From positions 24,366,001 to 24,430,000 of the forward strand of contig OZ024753.1 of assembly GCA_964016885.1 (NCBI GenBank): a stretch of 64,000 nt of DNA, given 5' to 3'. A model generated the notes under the pieces. The model made no database searches. It saw only the letters and a program-made list of their open reading frames with translations, and was not told the origin of the DNA. A program made the translations under genes and the position numbers. How positions within the stretch are numbered: position 1 is the first letter of the stretch; every line of letters begins with the position of its first letter. Positions 45,391-61,700 of the stretch are shown here, in pieces. Source of the DNA: Eledone cirrhosa. Taxonomy: Eukaryota.

Positions 45391-48300
45391 AAGACTGTAT
45401 GTAACAGACAGAGGACTAACACTGTATGCAATAGACAGAGGACGAACACTGTATGCAACAGATAGAGGACTAATATTGTATGTAACAGACAGAAGACTAA
45501 CACTGTATGTAACAGACAGCGGACTAACACCGTATGTAACAGACAGCGGACTAACACTGTATGTAACAGACAGAGGGCTAAAACTGTATGTAACAGACAG
45601 CGGACTAACACTCTATATAACAGACAGAGGACTAAAACTGTATTTAACAGACACAGGACTGACACTGTATGTTACAGACAGAGGACTAACACTGTATGTA
45701 ACAGACAGAGGACTAACACTATATGTAACAAACAGAGGACTGACACTGTATGTAACAGACAGAGGACTAACACTGTATGTCACAGACAGAGGGTTAATAC
45801 TGTATGTAACAGACACAGGACTAACCCTGTATGTAACAGAGAGAGGACTAACTGTGTATGTAACAGACAGAGGACTAACACTGTATGTAACAGACAGAGG
45901 ACTGACACTGTATGTAACAGACACAGGACTAACACTGTATGTAACAGACAGAGGACTAACACTGTATGTAACAGACAGCGGACTAACACTGTATGTAACA
46001 GACAGAGGACTAACACTGTATGTAACAGACAGAGGACTAACACTGTATGTAACAGACAGAGGACTAACACTGTATGTAACAGACAGAGAACTCATACCGT
46101 ATGTAACAGACAGAGGGTTAACACTGTATGTAACAGACAGAGGACTAACCCTGTATGTAACAGACAGAGGACTAACTGTGTATGTAACAGACAGAGGAAT
46201 AACACTGTATGTAACATACAGAGGACTGACACTGTATGTAACAGACAGAGGACTAAAACTGTATGTAACAGACAGCGGACTAACACTGTATGTAACAGAC
46301 AGAGGACTAACACTGTATGCAACAGACAGAGGACTAACACTGTATGTAACAGACAGAGGACGAACACTGTATGCAACAGACAGAGGACTAACACTGTATG
46401 TAACAGACAGAGGATAACACTGTATGCAACAGACAGAGGACTAACACTGTATGTAACAGACAGAGGACTAACACTGTATGTAACAGACAGAGGACTAACA
46501 CTGTATGCAACAGACAGAGGACTAACACTGTATGTAACAGCCAGAGGACGAACACTGTATGTAACAGACAGAGGACTAACACTGTATGTAACAGACAGAG
46601 GACTAACACTGTATGTAACAGACAGACGACTAACACTGTATGTAGCGGACAGCGGACTAACACTGTATGTAACAGACAGAGGACTAACACTGTATGTAAC
46701 AGAGAGAGGACTAACACTGTATGTAACAGACAGAGGACTAACACTGTATGCAACAGACAGAGGACTAATACTGTATGTAACAGACAGAGGACTAATACTG
46801 TATGTAACAGACAGAGGACTAACACTGTATGTAACAGACAGAGGACTAACACTATGTAACAGACAGAGAACTAACACTGTATGTAACAGACAGAGGACTA
46901 ACACTGTGTGTAACAGACAGAGGGTTAATACTGTATGTAACAGACACAGGACTAACCCTGTATATAACAGAGAGAGGACTAACTGTGTATGTAACAGACA
47001 GAGGACTAACACTGTATGTAACAGACAGAGGACTGACACTGTATGTAACAGACAGCGGACTAACACCGTATGTAACAGACAGCGGACTAACACTGTATGT
47101 AACAGACAGAGGGCTAAAACTGTATGTAACAGACAGCGGACTAACACTCTATATAACAGACAGAGGACTAATACTGTATGTAACAGACAGAGGACTAATA
47201 CTGTATGTAACAGACAGAGGACTAACACTGTATGTAACAGACAGAGGACTAACACTGTATGTAACAGACAGCGGAATAACAATGTATGTAACAGACAGAG
47301 GACTGAGACTGTATGTAACAGACAGAGGACTCATACTGTATGTAACAGACAGAGGGTTAACACTGTATGTAACAGACAGAGGACTAACCCTGTATGTAAC
47401 AGACAGAGGACTAACACTGTATCTAACAGACAGAGGACTAACTGTGTATGTAACAGGCAGAGGACTAACACTGTATGTAACAGACAGAGGACTGACACTG
47501 TATGTAACAGACAGTGGACCAACACTGCATGTAACAGACAGAGGACTAAAACTGTATTTAACAGACACAGGACTGACACTGTATGTTACAGACAGAGGAC
47601 TAAGACTGTATGTAACAGACAGAGGACTAACACTGTATGCAATAGACAGAGGACGAACACTGTATGCAACAGATAGAGGACTAATATTGTATGTAACAGA
47701 CAGAAGACTAACACTGTATGTAACAGACAGCGGACTAACACCGTATGTAACAGACAGCGGACTAACACTGTATGTAACAGACAGAGGGCTAAAACTGTAT
47801 GTAACAGACAGCGGACTAACACTCTATATAACAGACAGAGGACTAAAACTGTATTTAACAGACACAGGACTGACACTGTATGTTACAGACAGAGGACTAA
47901 CACTGTATGTAACAGACAGAGGACTAACACTATATGTAACAAACAGAGGACTGACACTGTATGTAACAGACAGAGGACTAACACTGTATGTCACAGACAG
48001 AGGGTTAATACTGTATGTAACAGACACAGGACTAACCCTGTATGTAACAGAGAGAGGACTAACTGTGTATGTAACAGACAGAGGACTAACACTGTATGTA
48101 ACAGACAGAGGACTGACACTGTATGTAACAGACACAGGACTAACACTGTATGTAACAGACAGAGGACTAACACTGTATGTAACAGACAGCGGACTAACAC
48201 TGTATGTAACAGACAGAGGACTAACACTGTATGTAACAGACAGAGGACTAACACTGTATGTAACAGACAGAGGACTAACACTGTATGTAACAGACAGAGA

Positions 48301-49620
48301 ACTCATACCGTATGTAACAGACAGAGGGTTAACACTGTATGTAACAGACAGAGGACTAACCCTGTATGTAACAGACAGAGGACTAACTGTGTATGTAACA
48401 GACAGAGGAATAACACTGTATGTAACATACAGAGGACTGACACTGTATGTAACAGACAGAGGACTAAAACTGTATGTAACAGACAGCGGACTAACACTGT
48501 ATGTAACAGACAGAGGACTAACACTGTATGCAACAGACAGAGGACTAACACTGTATGTAACAGACAGAGGACGAACACTGTATGCAACAGACAGAGGACT
48601 AACACTGTATGTAACAGACAGAGGATAACACTGTATGCAACAGACAGAGGACTAACACTGTATGTAACAGACAGAGGACTAACACTGTATGTAACAGACA
48701 GAGGACTAACACTGTATGCAACAGACAGAGGACTAACACTGTATGTAACAGCCAGAGGACGAACACTGTATGTAACAGACAGAGGACTAACACTGTATGT
48801 AACAGACAGAGGACTAACACTGTATGTAACAGACAGACGACTAACACTGTATGTAGCGGACAGCGGACTAACACTGTATGTAACAGACAGAGGACTAACA
48901 CTGTATGTAACAGAGAGAGGACTAACACTGTATGTAACAGACAGAGGACTAACACTGTATGCAACAGACAGAGGACTAATACTGTATGTAACAGACAGAG
49001 GACTAATACTGTATGTAACAGACAGAGGACTAACACTGTATGTAACAGACAGAGGACTAACACTATGTAACAGACAGAGAACTAACACTGTATGTAACAG
49101 ACAGAGGACTAACACTGTGTGTAACAGACAGAGGGTTAATACTGTATGTAACAGACACAGGACTAACCCTGTATATAACAGAGAGAGGACTAACTGTGTA
49201 TGTAACAGACAGAGGACTAACACTGTATGTAACAGACAGAGGACTGACACTGTATGTAACAGACAGCGGACTAACACCGTATGTAACAGACAGCGGACTA
49301 ACACTGTATGTAACAGACAGAGGGCTAAAACTGTATGTAACAGACAGCGGACTAACACTCTATATAACAGACAGAGGACTAATACTGTATGTAACAGACA
49401 GAGGACTAATACTGTATGTAACAGACAGAGGACTAACACTGTATGTAACAGACAGAGGACTAACACTGTATGTAACAGACAGCGGAATAACAATGTATGT
49501 AACAGACAGAGGACTGAGACTGTATGTAACAGACAGAGGACTCATACTGTATGTAACAGACAGAGGGTTAACACTGTATGTAACAGACAGAGGACTAACC
49601 CTGTATGTAACAGACAGAGG
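45190..49620 (+). repeat. Tandem block duplication, unit 2211 bp (82 monomers minus 3 nt), 2 copies
   Basis: 45375..45665/47586..47876 and 46092..47282/48303..49493. Confidence 0.9.
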
Positions 49621-52600
49621 ACTAACTGTGTATGTAACAGGCAGAGGACTAAAACTGTATGTAACAGACAAAGGATTACCACTGTATGTAACAAACAGAG
49701 GACTAATACTGTGTGCAACAGACAGAGGAGTAACACTGTATGTAACAGACAGAGGATAAACACTGTATGTAATAGACAGAGGAGTAAAACTGTATGTAAC
49801 AGACAGAGGACTAACACTGTATGTAACAGACAGAGGACTAACACTGTATGTAACAGACAGCGGAATAACAATGTATGTAACAGACAGAGGACTGACACTG
49901 TATGTAACAGACAGAGGACTAACACTGTATGTAACAGACAGAGGACTAACACTGTATGTAACAGACAGAGGGTTAACACTGTATGTAACAGACAGAGGGT
50001 TAACTCTGTATGTAACAGACAGAGGACTAACACGGCATGTAACAGACAGAGGACTAACACTGTATGTAACAGACAGAGGGTTAACTCTGTATGTAACAGA
50101 CAGAGGACTAACACGGCATGTAACAGACAGAGGACTAACACTGTATGTAACAGACAGAGGACTAACACTGTATGCAACAGACAGAGGACGAACACTGTAT
50201 GTAACAGACAGAGGACTAACATTGTATGTAACAGACAGAGGACTAACACTGTATGTAACAGACAGAGGGTTAACACTGTATGTATCAGGCAGAGGACTAA
50301 CACTGTATGTAACAGACAGAGCAATGACACTGTATGTCACTGACAGAGGACTAACACTGTATGTAACAGACAGCGGACTCATACTGTATGTAACAGACAG
50401 AGGGTTAACACTGTATGTAACAGACAGAGGACTAACCCTGTATGTAACAGACAGAGGACTAACTGTGTATGTAACAGACAGAGGACTAACACTGTATGTA
50501 ACAGACAGAGGACTAACACTGTATGTAACAGACAGAGGACTGACACTGTATGTAACAGACAGAGGACTAACACTGTATGTAACAGACAGAGGACTAACAC
50601 TGTATGTAACAGACAGCGGACTAACACTGTATGTAACAGACAGAGGACTAACACTGTATCTAACAGACAGAGGACTAACTGTGTATGTAACAGGCAGAGG
50701 ACTAACACTGTATGTAACAGACAGAGGACTGACACTGTATGTAACAGACAGTGGACTAACACTGCATGTAACAGACAGAGGACTAACACTGTATGTAACA
50801 GACAGAGGACCAACATTGTATGTAACAGACAGAGGACTAACACTGTATGTAACTGACAGAGGGTTAACTCTGTATGTAACAGAGTACTAACACTGTATGT
50901 AACAGACAGAGGTCTAACACTGTATGTAACAGACAGAGGACTGACAATGTATGTAACAGACAGAGGACTAACACTGTATGTAACAGACAGAAGACTAACA
51001 ATGTATGTAACAGACAGAAGACTAACACTGTATGTAACAGACAGCGGACTAACACCGTATGTAACAGACAGCGGACTAACACTGTATGTAACAGACAGAG
51101 GGCTAAAACTGTATGTAACAGACAGCGGACTAACACTCTATATAACAGACAGAGGACTAATACTGTATGTAACAGACAGAGGACTAATACTGTATGTAAC
51201 AGACAGAGGACTAACACTGTATGTAACAGACAGAGGACTAACACTGTATGTAACAGACAGCGGAATAACAATGTATGTAACAGACAGAGGACTGAGACTG
51301 TATGTAACAGACAGAGGACTCATACTGTATGCAATAGACAGAGAACGAACACTGTATGCAACAGATAGAGGACTAATACTGTATGTAACAGACAGAGGAC
51401 TAACACTGTATGTAACAGACAGAGGACTGACACTGTATGTAACAGACACAGGGTTAACACTGTATGTAACAGACAGAGGACTAACACTGTACGTAAGAGA
51501 CAGGGGACTAACACATTATGTAACAGACAGAGGACTAAAACTGTATGTAATAGACAGAGGACTAACACCGTATGTAACAGACAGATGGTTAACACTGTAT
51601 GTAAAAGACAAAGGATTAACACTGTATGTAACAGACAGAGGACTAACACTGTATGCAATAGACAGAGAACGAACACTGTATGCAACAGATAGAGGACTAA
51701 TACTGTATGTAACAGACAGAGGACTAACACTGTATGTAACAGACAGAGGACTGACACTGTATGTAACAGACAGAGGACTAACACTGTATGTAACAGACAG
51801 AGGACTGACACTCTATGTCACAGACAGAGGACTAACAGTGTATGTAACAGACAGAGGACTAACACTGTATGTAACAGACAGAGGACTCATACTGTATGTA
51901 ACAGACAGAGGGTTAACACTGTATGTAACAGACAGAGGACTAACCCTGTATGTAACAGACAGAGGACTAACTGTGTATGTAACAGGCAGAGGACTAAAAC
52001 TGTATGTAACAGACAAAGGATTACCACTGTATGTAACAAACAGAGGACTAATACTGTGTGCAACAGACAGAGGAGTAACACTGTATGTAACAGACAGAGG
52101 ATAAACACTGTATGTAATAGACAGAGGAGTAAAACTGTATGTAACAGACAGAGGACTAACACTGTATGTAACAGACAGAGGACTAACACTGTATGTAACA
52201 GACAGCGGAATAACAATGTATGTAACAGACAGAGGACTGACACTGTATGTAACAGACAGAGGACTAACACTGTATGTAACAGACAGAGGACTAACACTGT
52301 ATGTAACAGACAGAGGGTTAACACTGTATGTAACAGACAGAGGGTTAACTCTGTATGTAACAGACAGAGGACTAACACGGCATGTAACAGACAGAGGACT
52401 AACACTGTATGTAACAGACAGAGGGTTAACTCTGTATGTAACAGACAGAGGACTAACACGGCATGTAGCAGACAGAGGACTAACACTGTATGTAACAGAC
52501 AGAGGACTACCACTGTATGCAACAGACAGAGGACGAACACTGTATGTAACAGACAGAGGACTAACATTGTATGTAACAGACAGAGGGTTAACACTGTATG

Positions 52601-55179
52601 TATCAGGCAGAGGACTAACACTGTATGTAACAGACAGAGCAATGACACTGTATGTCACGGACAGAGGACTAACAGTGTATGTAACAGACAGAGGACTAAC
52701 ACTGTATGTAACAGACAGCGGACTCATACTGTATGTAACAGACAGAGGGTTAACACTGTATGTAACAGACAGAGGACTAACCATGTATGTAACAGACAGA
52801 GGACTAACTGTGTATGTAACAGACAGAGGACTAACACTGTATGTAACAGACAGAGGACTAACACTGTATGTAACAGACAGAGGACTGACACTGTATGTAA
52901 CAGACAGAGGACTAACACTGTATGTAACAGACATAGGACTAACACTGTATGTAACAGACAGCGGACTAACACTGTATGTAACAGACAGAGGACTAACACT
53001 GTATCTAACAGACAGAGGACTAACTGTGTATGTAACAGGCAGAGGACTAACACTGTATGTAACAGACAGAGGACTGACACTGTATGTAACAGACAGTGGA
53101 CCAACACTGCATGTAACAGACAGAGGACTAAAACTGTATTTAACAGACACAGGACTGACACTGTATGTTACAGACAGAGGACTAACACTGTATGTAACAG
53201 ACAGAGGACTAACACTATATGTAACAAACAGAGGACTGACACTGTATGTAACAGACAGAGGACTAACACTGTATGTAACAGACATAGGACTAACACTGTA
53301 TGTAACAGACAGCGGACTAACACTGTATGTAACAGACAGAGGACTAACACTGTATCTAACAGACAGAGGACTAACTGTGTATGTAACAGGCAGAGGACTA
53401 ACACTGTATGTAACAGACAGAGGACTGACACTGTATGTAACAGACAGTGGACCAACACTGCATGTAACAGACAGAGGACTAAAACTGTATTTAACAGACA
53501 CAGGACTGACACTGTATGTTACAGACAGAGGACTAAGACTGTATGTAACAGACAGAGGACTAACACTGTATGCAATAGACAGAGGACGAACACTGTATGC
53601 AACAGATAGAGGACTAATATTGTATGTAACAGACAGAAGACTAACACTGTATGTAACAGACAGCGGACTAACACCGTATGTAACAGACAGCGGACTAACA
53701 CTGTATGTAACAGACAGAGGGCTAAAACTGTATGTAACAGACAGCGGACTAACACTCTATATAACAGACAGAGGACTAAAACTGTATTTAACAGACACAG
53801 GACTGACACTGTATGTTACAGACAGAGGACTAACACTGTATGTAACAGACAGAGGACTAACACTATATGTAACAAACAGAGGACTGACACTGTATGTAAC
53901 AGACAGAGGACTAACACTGTATGTCACAGACAGAGGGTTAATACTGTATGTAACAGACACAGGACTAACCCTGTATGTAACAGAGAGAGGACTAACTGTG
54001 TATGTAACAGACAGAGGACTAACACTGTATGTAACAGACAGAGGACTGACACTGTATGTAACAGACACAGGACTAACACTGTATGTAACAGACAGAGGAC
54101 TAACACTGTATGTAACAGACAGCGGACTAACACTGTATGTAACAGACAGAGGACTAACACTGTATGTAACAGACAGAGGACTAACACTGTATGTAACAGA
54201 CAGAGGACTAACACTGTATGTAACAGACAGAGAACTCATACCGTATGTAACAGACAGAGGGTTAACACTGTATGTAACAGACAGAGGACTAACCCTGTAT
54301 GTAACAGACAGAGGACTAACTGTGTATGTAACAGACAGAGGAATAACACTGTATGTAACATACAGAGGACTGACACTGTATGTAACAGACAGAGGACTAA
54401 AACTGTATGTAACAGACAGCGGACTAACACTGTATGTAACAGACAGAGGACTAACACTGTATGCAACAGACAGAGGACTAACACTGTATGTAACAGACAG
54501 AGGACGAACACTGTATGCAACAGACAGAGGACTAACACTGTATGTAACAGACAGAGGATAACACTGTATGCAACAGACAGAGGACTAACACTGTATGTAA
54601 CAGACAGAGGACTAACACTGTATGTAACAGACAGAGGACTAACACTGTATGCAACAGACAGAGGACTAACACTGTATGTAACAGCCAGAGGACGAACACT
54701 GTATGTAACAGACAGAGGACTAACACTGTATGTAACAGACAGAGGACTAACACTGTATGTAACAGACAGACGACTAACACTGTATGTAGCGGACAGCGGA
54801 CTAACACTGTATGTAACAGACAGAGGACTAACACTGTATGTAACAGAGAGAGGACTAACACTGTATGTAACAGACAGAGGACTAACACTGTATGCAACAG
54901 ACAGAGGACTAATACTGTATGTAACAGACAGAGGACTAATACTGTATGTAACAGACAGAGGACTAACACTGTATGTAACAGACAGAGGACTAACACTGTA
55001 TGTAACAGACAGAGAACTAACACTGTATGTAACAGACAGAGGACTAACACTGTGTGTGACAGACAGAGGGTTAATACTGTATGTAACAGACACAGGACTA
55101 ACCCTGTATATAACAGAGAGAGGACTAACTGTGTATGTAACAGACAGAGGACTAACACTGTATGTAACAGACAGAGGAC

Positions 55180-58100
55180 TGACACTGTATGTAACAGACA
55201 GCGGACTAACACCGTATGTAACAGACAGCGGACTAACACTGTATGTAACAGACAGAGGGCTAAAACTGTAAGTAACAGACAGCGGACTAACACTCTATAT
55301 AACAGACAGAGGACTAATACTGTATGTAACAGACAGAGGACTAATACTGTATGTAACAGACAGAGGACTAACACTGTATGTAACAGACAGAGGACTAACA
55401 CTGTATGTAACAGACAGCGGAATAACAATGTATGTAACAGACAGAGGACTGAGACTGTATGTAACAGACAGAGGACTCATACTGTATGTAACAGACAGAG
55501 GGTTAACACTGTATGTAACAGACAGAGGACTAACCCTGTATGTAACAGACAGAGGACTAACTGTGTATGTAACAGGCAGAGGACTAAAACTGTATGTAAC
55601 AGACAAAGGATTACCACTGTATGTAACAAACAGAGGACTAATACTGTGTGCAACAGACAGAGGAGTAACACTGTATGTAACAGACAGAGGATAAACACTG
55701 TATGTAATAGACAGAGGAGTAAAACTGTATGTAACAGACAGAGGACTAACACTGTATGTAACAGACAGAGGACTAACACTGTATGTAACAGACAGCGGAA
55801 TAACAATGTATGTAACAGACAGAGGACTGACACTGTATGTAACAGACAGAGGACTAACACTGTATGTAACAGACAGAGGACTAACACTGTATGTAACAGA
55901 CAGAGGGTTAACACTGTATGTAACAGACAGAGGGTTAACTCTGTATGTAACAGACAGAGGACTAACACGGCATGTAACAGACAGAGGACTAACACTGTAT
56001 GTAACAGACAGAGGGTTAACTCTGTATGTAACAGACAGAGGACTAACACGGCATGTAACAGACAGAGGACTAACACTGTATGTAACAGACAGAGGACTAA
56101 CACTGTATGCAACAGACAGAGGACGAACACTGTATGTAACAGACAGAGGACTAACATTGTATGTAACAGACAGAGGACTAACACTGTATGTAACAGACAG
56201 AGGGTTAACACTGTATGTATCAGGCAGAGGACTAACACTGTATGTAACAGACAGAGCAATGACACTGTATGTCACTGACAGAGGACTAACACTGTATGTA
56301 ACAGACAGCGGACTCATACTGTATGTAACAGACAGAGGGTTAACACTGTATGTAACAGACAGAGGACTAACCCTGTATGTAACAGACAGAGGACTAACTG
56401 TGTATGTAACAGACAGAGGACTAACACTGTATGTAACAGACAGAGGACTAACACTGTATGTAACAGACAGAGGACTGACACTGTATGTAACAGACAGAGG
56501 ACTAACACTGTATGTAACAGACAGAGGACTAACACTGTATGTAACAGACAGCGGACTAACACTGTATGTAACAGACAGAGGACTAACACTGTATCTAACA
56601 GACAGAGGACTAACTGTGTATGTAACAGGCAGAGGACTAACACTGTATGTAACAGACAGAGGACTGACACTGTATGTAACAGACAGTGGACTAACACTGC
56701 ATGTAACAGACAGAGGACTAACACTGTATGTAACAGACAGAGGACCAACATTGTATGTAACAGACAGAGGACTAACACTGTATGTAACTGACAGAGGGTT
56801 AACTCTGTATGTAACAGAGTACTAACACTGTATGTAACAGACAGAGGTCTAACACTGTATGTAACAGACAGAGGACTGACAATGTATGTAACAGACAGAG
56901 GACTAACACTGTATGTAACAGACAGAAGACTAACAATGTATGTAACAGACAGAAGACTAACACTGTATGTAACAGACAGCGGACTAACACCGTATGTAAC
57001 AGACAGCGGACTAACACTGTATGTAACAGACAGAGGGCTAAAACTGTATGTAACAGACAGCGGACTAACACTCTATATAACAGACAGAGGACTAATACTG
57101 TATGTAACAGACAGAGGACTAATACTGTATGTAACAGACAGAGGACTAACACTGTATGTAACAGACAGAGGACTAACACTGTATGTAACAGACAGCGGAA
57201 TAACAATGTATGTAACAGACAGATAACTGAGACTGTATGTAACAGACAGAGGACTCATACTGTATGTAACAGACAGAGGGTTAACACTGTATGTAACAGA
57301 CAGAGGACTAACCCTGTATGTAACAGACAGAGGACTAACTGTGTATGTAACAGGCAGAGGACTAAAACTGTATGTAACAGACAAAGGATTACCACTGTAT
57401 GTAACAAACAGAGGACTAATACTGTGTGCAACAGACAGAGGAGTAACACTGTATGTAACAGACAGAGGATAAACACTGTATGTAATAGACAGAGGAGTAA
57501 AACTGTATGTAACAGACAGAGGACTAACACTGTATGTAACAGACAGAGGACTAACAATGTATGTAACAGACAGCGGAATAACAATGTATGTAACAGACAG
57601 AGGACTGACACTGTATGTAACAGACAGAGGACTAACACTGTATGTAACAGACAGAGGACTAACACTGTATGTAACAGACAGAGGGTTAACACTGTATGTA
57701 ACAGACAGAGGGTTAACTCTGTATGTAACAGACAGAGGACTAACACGGCATGTAACAGACAGAGGACTAACACTGTATGTAACAGACAGAGGGTTAACTC
57801 TGTATGTAACAGACAGAGGACTAACACGGCATGTAACAGACAGAGGACTAACACTGTATGTAACAGACAGAGGACTAACACTGTATGCAACAGACAGAGG
57901 ACGAACACTGTATGTAACAGACAGAGGACTAACATTGTATGTAACAGACAGAGGACTAACACTGTATGTAACAGACAGAGGGTTAACACTGTATGTATCA
58001 GGCAGAGGACTAACACTGTATGTAACAGACAGAGCAATGACACTGTATGTCACTGACAGAGGACTAACACTGTATGTAACAGACAGCGGACTCATACTGT

Positions 58101-58730
58101 ATGTAACAGACAGAGGGTTAACACTGTATGTAACAGACAGAGGACTAACCCTGTATGTAACAGACAGAGGACTAACTGTGTATGTAACAGACAGAGGACT
58201 AACACTGTATGTAACAGACAGAGGACTAACACTGTATGTAACAGACAGAGGACTGACACTGTATGTAACAGACAGAGGACTAACACTGTATGTAACAGAC
58301 AGAGGACTAACACTGTATGTAACAGACAGCGGACTAACACTGTATGTAACAGACAGAGGACTAACACTGTATCTAACAGACAGAGGACTAACTGTGTATG
58401 TAACAGGCAGAGGACTAACACTGTATGTAACAGACAGAGGACTGACACTGTATGTAACAGACAGTGGACTAACACTGCATGTAACAGACAGAGGACTAAC
58501 ACTGTATGTAACAGACAGAGGACCAACATTGTATGTAACAGACAGAGGACTAACACTGTATGTAACTGACAGAGGGTTAACTCTGTATGTAACAGAGTAC
58601 TAACACTGTATGTAACAGACAGAGGTCTAACACTGTATGTAACAGACAGAGGACTGACAATGTATGTAACAGACAGAGGACTAACACTGTATGTAACAGA
58701 CAGAAGACTAACAATGTATGTAACAGACAG
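55180..58730 (+). repeat. Tandem block duplication, unit 1778 bp (66 monomers minus 4 nt), 2 copies
   Basis: 55295..56317/57073..58095 and 56314..56778/58092..58556. Confidence 0.9.
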
Positions 58731-61700
58731 AAGACTAACAATGTATGTAACAGACAGAAGACTAACACTGTATGTAACAGACAGCGGACTAACACCGTAT
58801 GTAACAGACAGCGGACTAACACTGTATGTAACAGACAGAGGACTAACACTGTATGTAACAGACAGCGGACTAACACTCTATATAACAGACAGAGGACTAA
58901 AATTGTATTTAACAGACACAGGACTGACACTGTATGTTACAGACAGAGGACTAACACTGTATGTAACAGACAGAGGACTAACACTATATGTAACAAACAG
59001 AGTACTGACACTGTATGTAACAGACAGAGGACTAACACTGTATGTCACAGACAGAGGGTTAATACTGTATGTAACAGACACAGGACTAACCCTGTATGTA
59101 ACAGAGAGAGGACTAACTGTGTATGTAACAGACAGAGGACTAACACTGTATGTAACAGACAGAGGACTGACACTGTATGTAACAGACAGAGGACTAACAC
59201 TGTATGTAACAGACAGAGGACTAACACTGTATGTAACAGACAGCGGACTAACACTGTATGTAACAGACAGAGGACTAACACTGTATGTAACAGACAGAGG
59301 ACTAACACTGTATGTAACAGACAGAGGACTAACACTGTATGTAACAGACAGAGAACTCATACCGTATGTAACAGACAGAGGGTTAACACTGTATGTAACA
59401 GACAGAGGACTAACCCTGTATGTAACAGACAGAGGACTAACTGTGTATGTAACAGACAGAGGAATAACACTGTATGTAACATACAGAGGACTGACACTGT
59501 ATGTAACAGACAGAGGACTAAAACTGTATGTAACAGACAGCGGACTAACACTGTATGTAACAGACAGAGGACTAACACTGTATGCAACAGACAGAGGACT
59601 AACACTGTATGTAACAGACAGAGGACGAACACTGTATGCAACAGACAGAGGACTAACACTGTATGTAACAGACAGAGGACTAACACTGTATGCAACAGAC
59701 AGAGGACTAACACTGTATGTAACAGACAGAGGACTAACACTGTATGTAACAGACAGAGGACTAACACTGTATGCAACAGACAGAGGACTAACACTGTATG
59801 TAACAGCCAGAGGACGAACACTGTATGTAACAGACAGAGGACTAACACTGTATGTAACAGACAGAGGACTAACACTGTATGTAACAGACAGACGACTAAC
59901 ACTGTATGTAGCGGACAGCGGACTAACACTGTATGTAACAGACAGAGGACTAACACTGTATGTAACAGAGAGAGGACTAACACTGTATGTAACAGACAGA
60001 GGACTAACACTGTATGCAACAGACAGAGGACTAATACTGTATGTAACAGACAGAGGACTAATACTGTATGTAACAGACAGAGGACTAACACTGTATGTAA
60101 CAGACAGAGGACTAACACTGTATGTAACAGACAGAGAACTAACACTGTATGTAACAGACAGAGGACTAACACTGTGTGTAACAGACAGAGGGTTAATACT
60201 GTATGTAACAGACACAGGACTAACCCTGTATATAACAGAGAGAGGACTAACTGTGTATGTAACAGACAGAAGACTAACACTGTATGTAACAGACAGAGGA
60301 CTGACACTGTATGCAACAGACAGAGGACTAATACTGTATGTAACAGACAGAGGACTAACACTGTATGTAACAGACAGAGGACTAACACTGTATGTAACAG
60401 ACAGCGGAATAACAATGTATGTAACAGACAGAGGACTGACACTGTATGTAACAGACAGAGGACTAACACTGTATGTAACAGACAGAGGACTAACACTGTA
60501 TGTAACAGACAGAGGGTTAACACTGTATGTAACAGACAGAGGACTAACGCTGTATGTAACAGACAGAGGGCTAACACTGTATGTAACAGACAGAGGACTA
60601 ACATTGTATGTAACAGACAGAGGGCTAACACTGTATGTAACAGACAGAGGGTTAACACTGTATGTATCAGACAGAGGACTAACACTGTATGTAACAGACA
60701 GAGCAATGACACTGTATGTCACGGACAGAGGACTAACAGTGTATGTAACAGACAGAGGACTAACACTGTATATAACAGACAGCGGACTCATACTGTATGT
60801 AACAGACAGAGGGTTAACACTGTATGTAACAGACAGAGGACTAACCCTGTATGTAACAGACAGAGGACTAACTGTGTATGTAACAGACAGAGGACTAACA
60901 CTGTATGTAACAGACAGAGGACTGACACTGTATGTAACAGACAGAGGACTAACACTGTATGTAACAGACAGAGGACTAACACTGTATGTAACAGACAGCG
61001 GACTAACACTGTATGTAACAGACAGAGGACTAACACTGTATCTAACAGACAGAGGACTAACTGTGTATGTAACAGGCAGAGGACTAACACTGTATGTAAC
61101 AGACAGAGGACTGACACTGTATGTAACAGACAGTGGACTAACACTGCATGTAACAGACAGAGGACTAACACTGTATGTAACAGACAGAGGACCAACATTG
61201 TATGTAACAGACAGAGGACTAACACTGTATGTAACTGACAGAGGGTTAACTCTGTATGTAACAGAGTACTAACACTGTATGTAACAGACAGAGGACCAAC
61301 ATTGTATGTAACAGACAGAGGACTAACACTGTATGTAACAGACAGAGGGTTAACACTGTATGTAACAGACAGAGGACTAACCCTGTATGTAACAGACAGA
61401 GGACTAACTGTGTATGTAACAGACAGAGGAATAACACTGTATGTAACAGACAGAGGACTAACACTGTATGTAACATACAGAGGACTAACACTGTATGTAA
61501 CAGACAGAGGGATAACACTGTATGTAACAGACAGAAAACTAACACTGTATGTAACAGACAGAGGACTAAAAGTGTATGTAACAGACAGAGGACTAACACT
61601 GTATGTAACAGACAGAGGACTCATACTGTATGTAATAGACAGAGGTTAACACTGTATGTAACAGACAGAGGACTAACACTGTATGTAACAGACAGAGGAC

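Larger units (their letters stand above)
43290..57260 (+). repeat. Tandem duplication of a ~5.93-kb unit; the first copy is expanded to 8144 bp by an internal 2211-bp duplication
   Basis: Offset 8144 (44072..46417/52216..54561) and 5933-5935 (47586/53519, 49117/55052); 8144-2211=5933. Confidence 0.88.
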
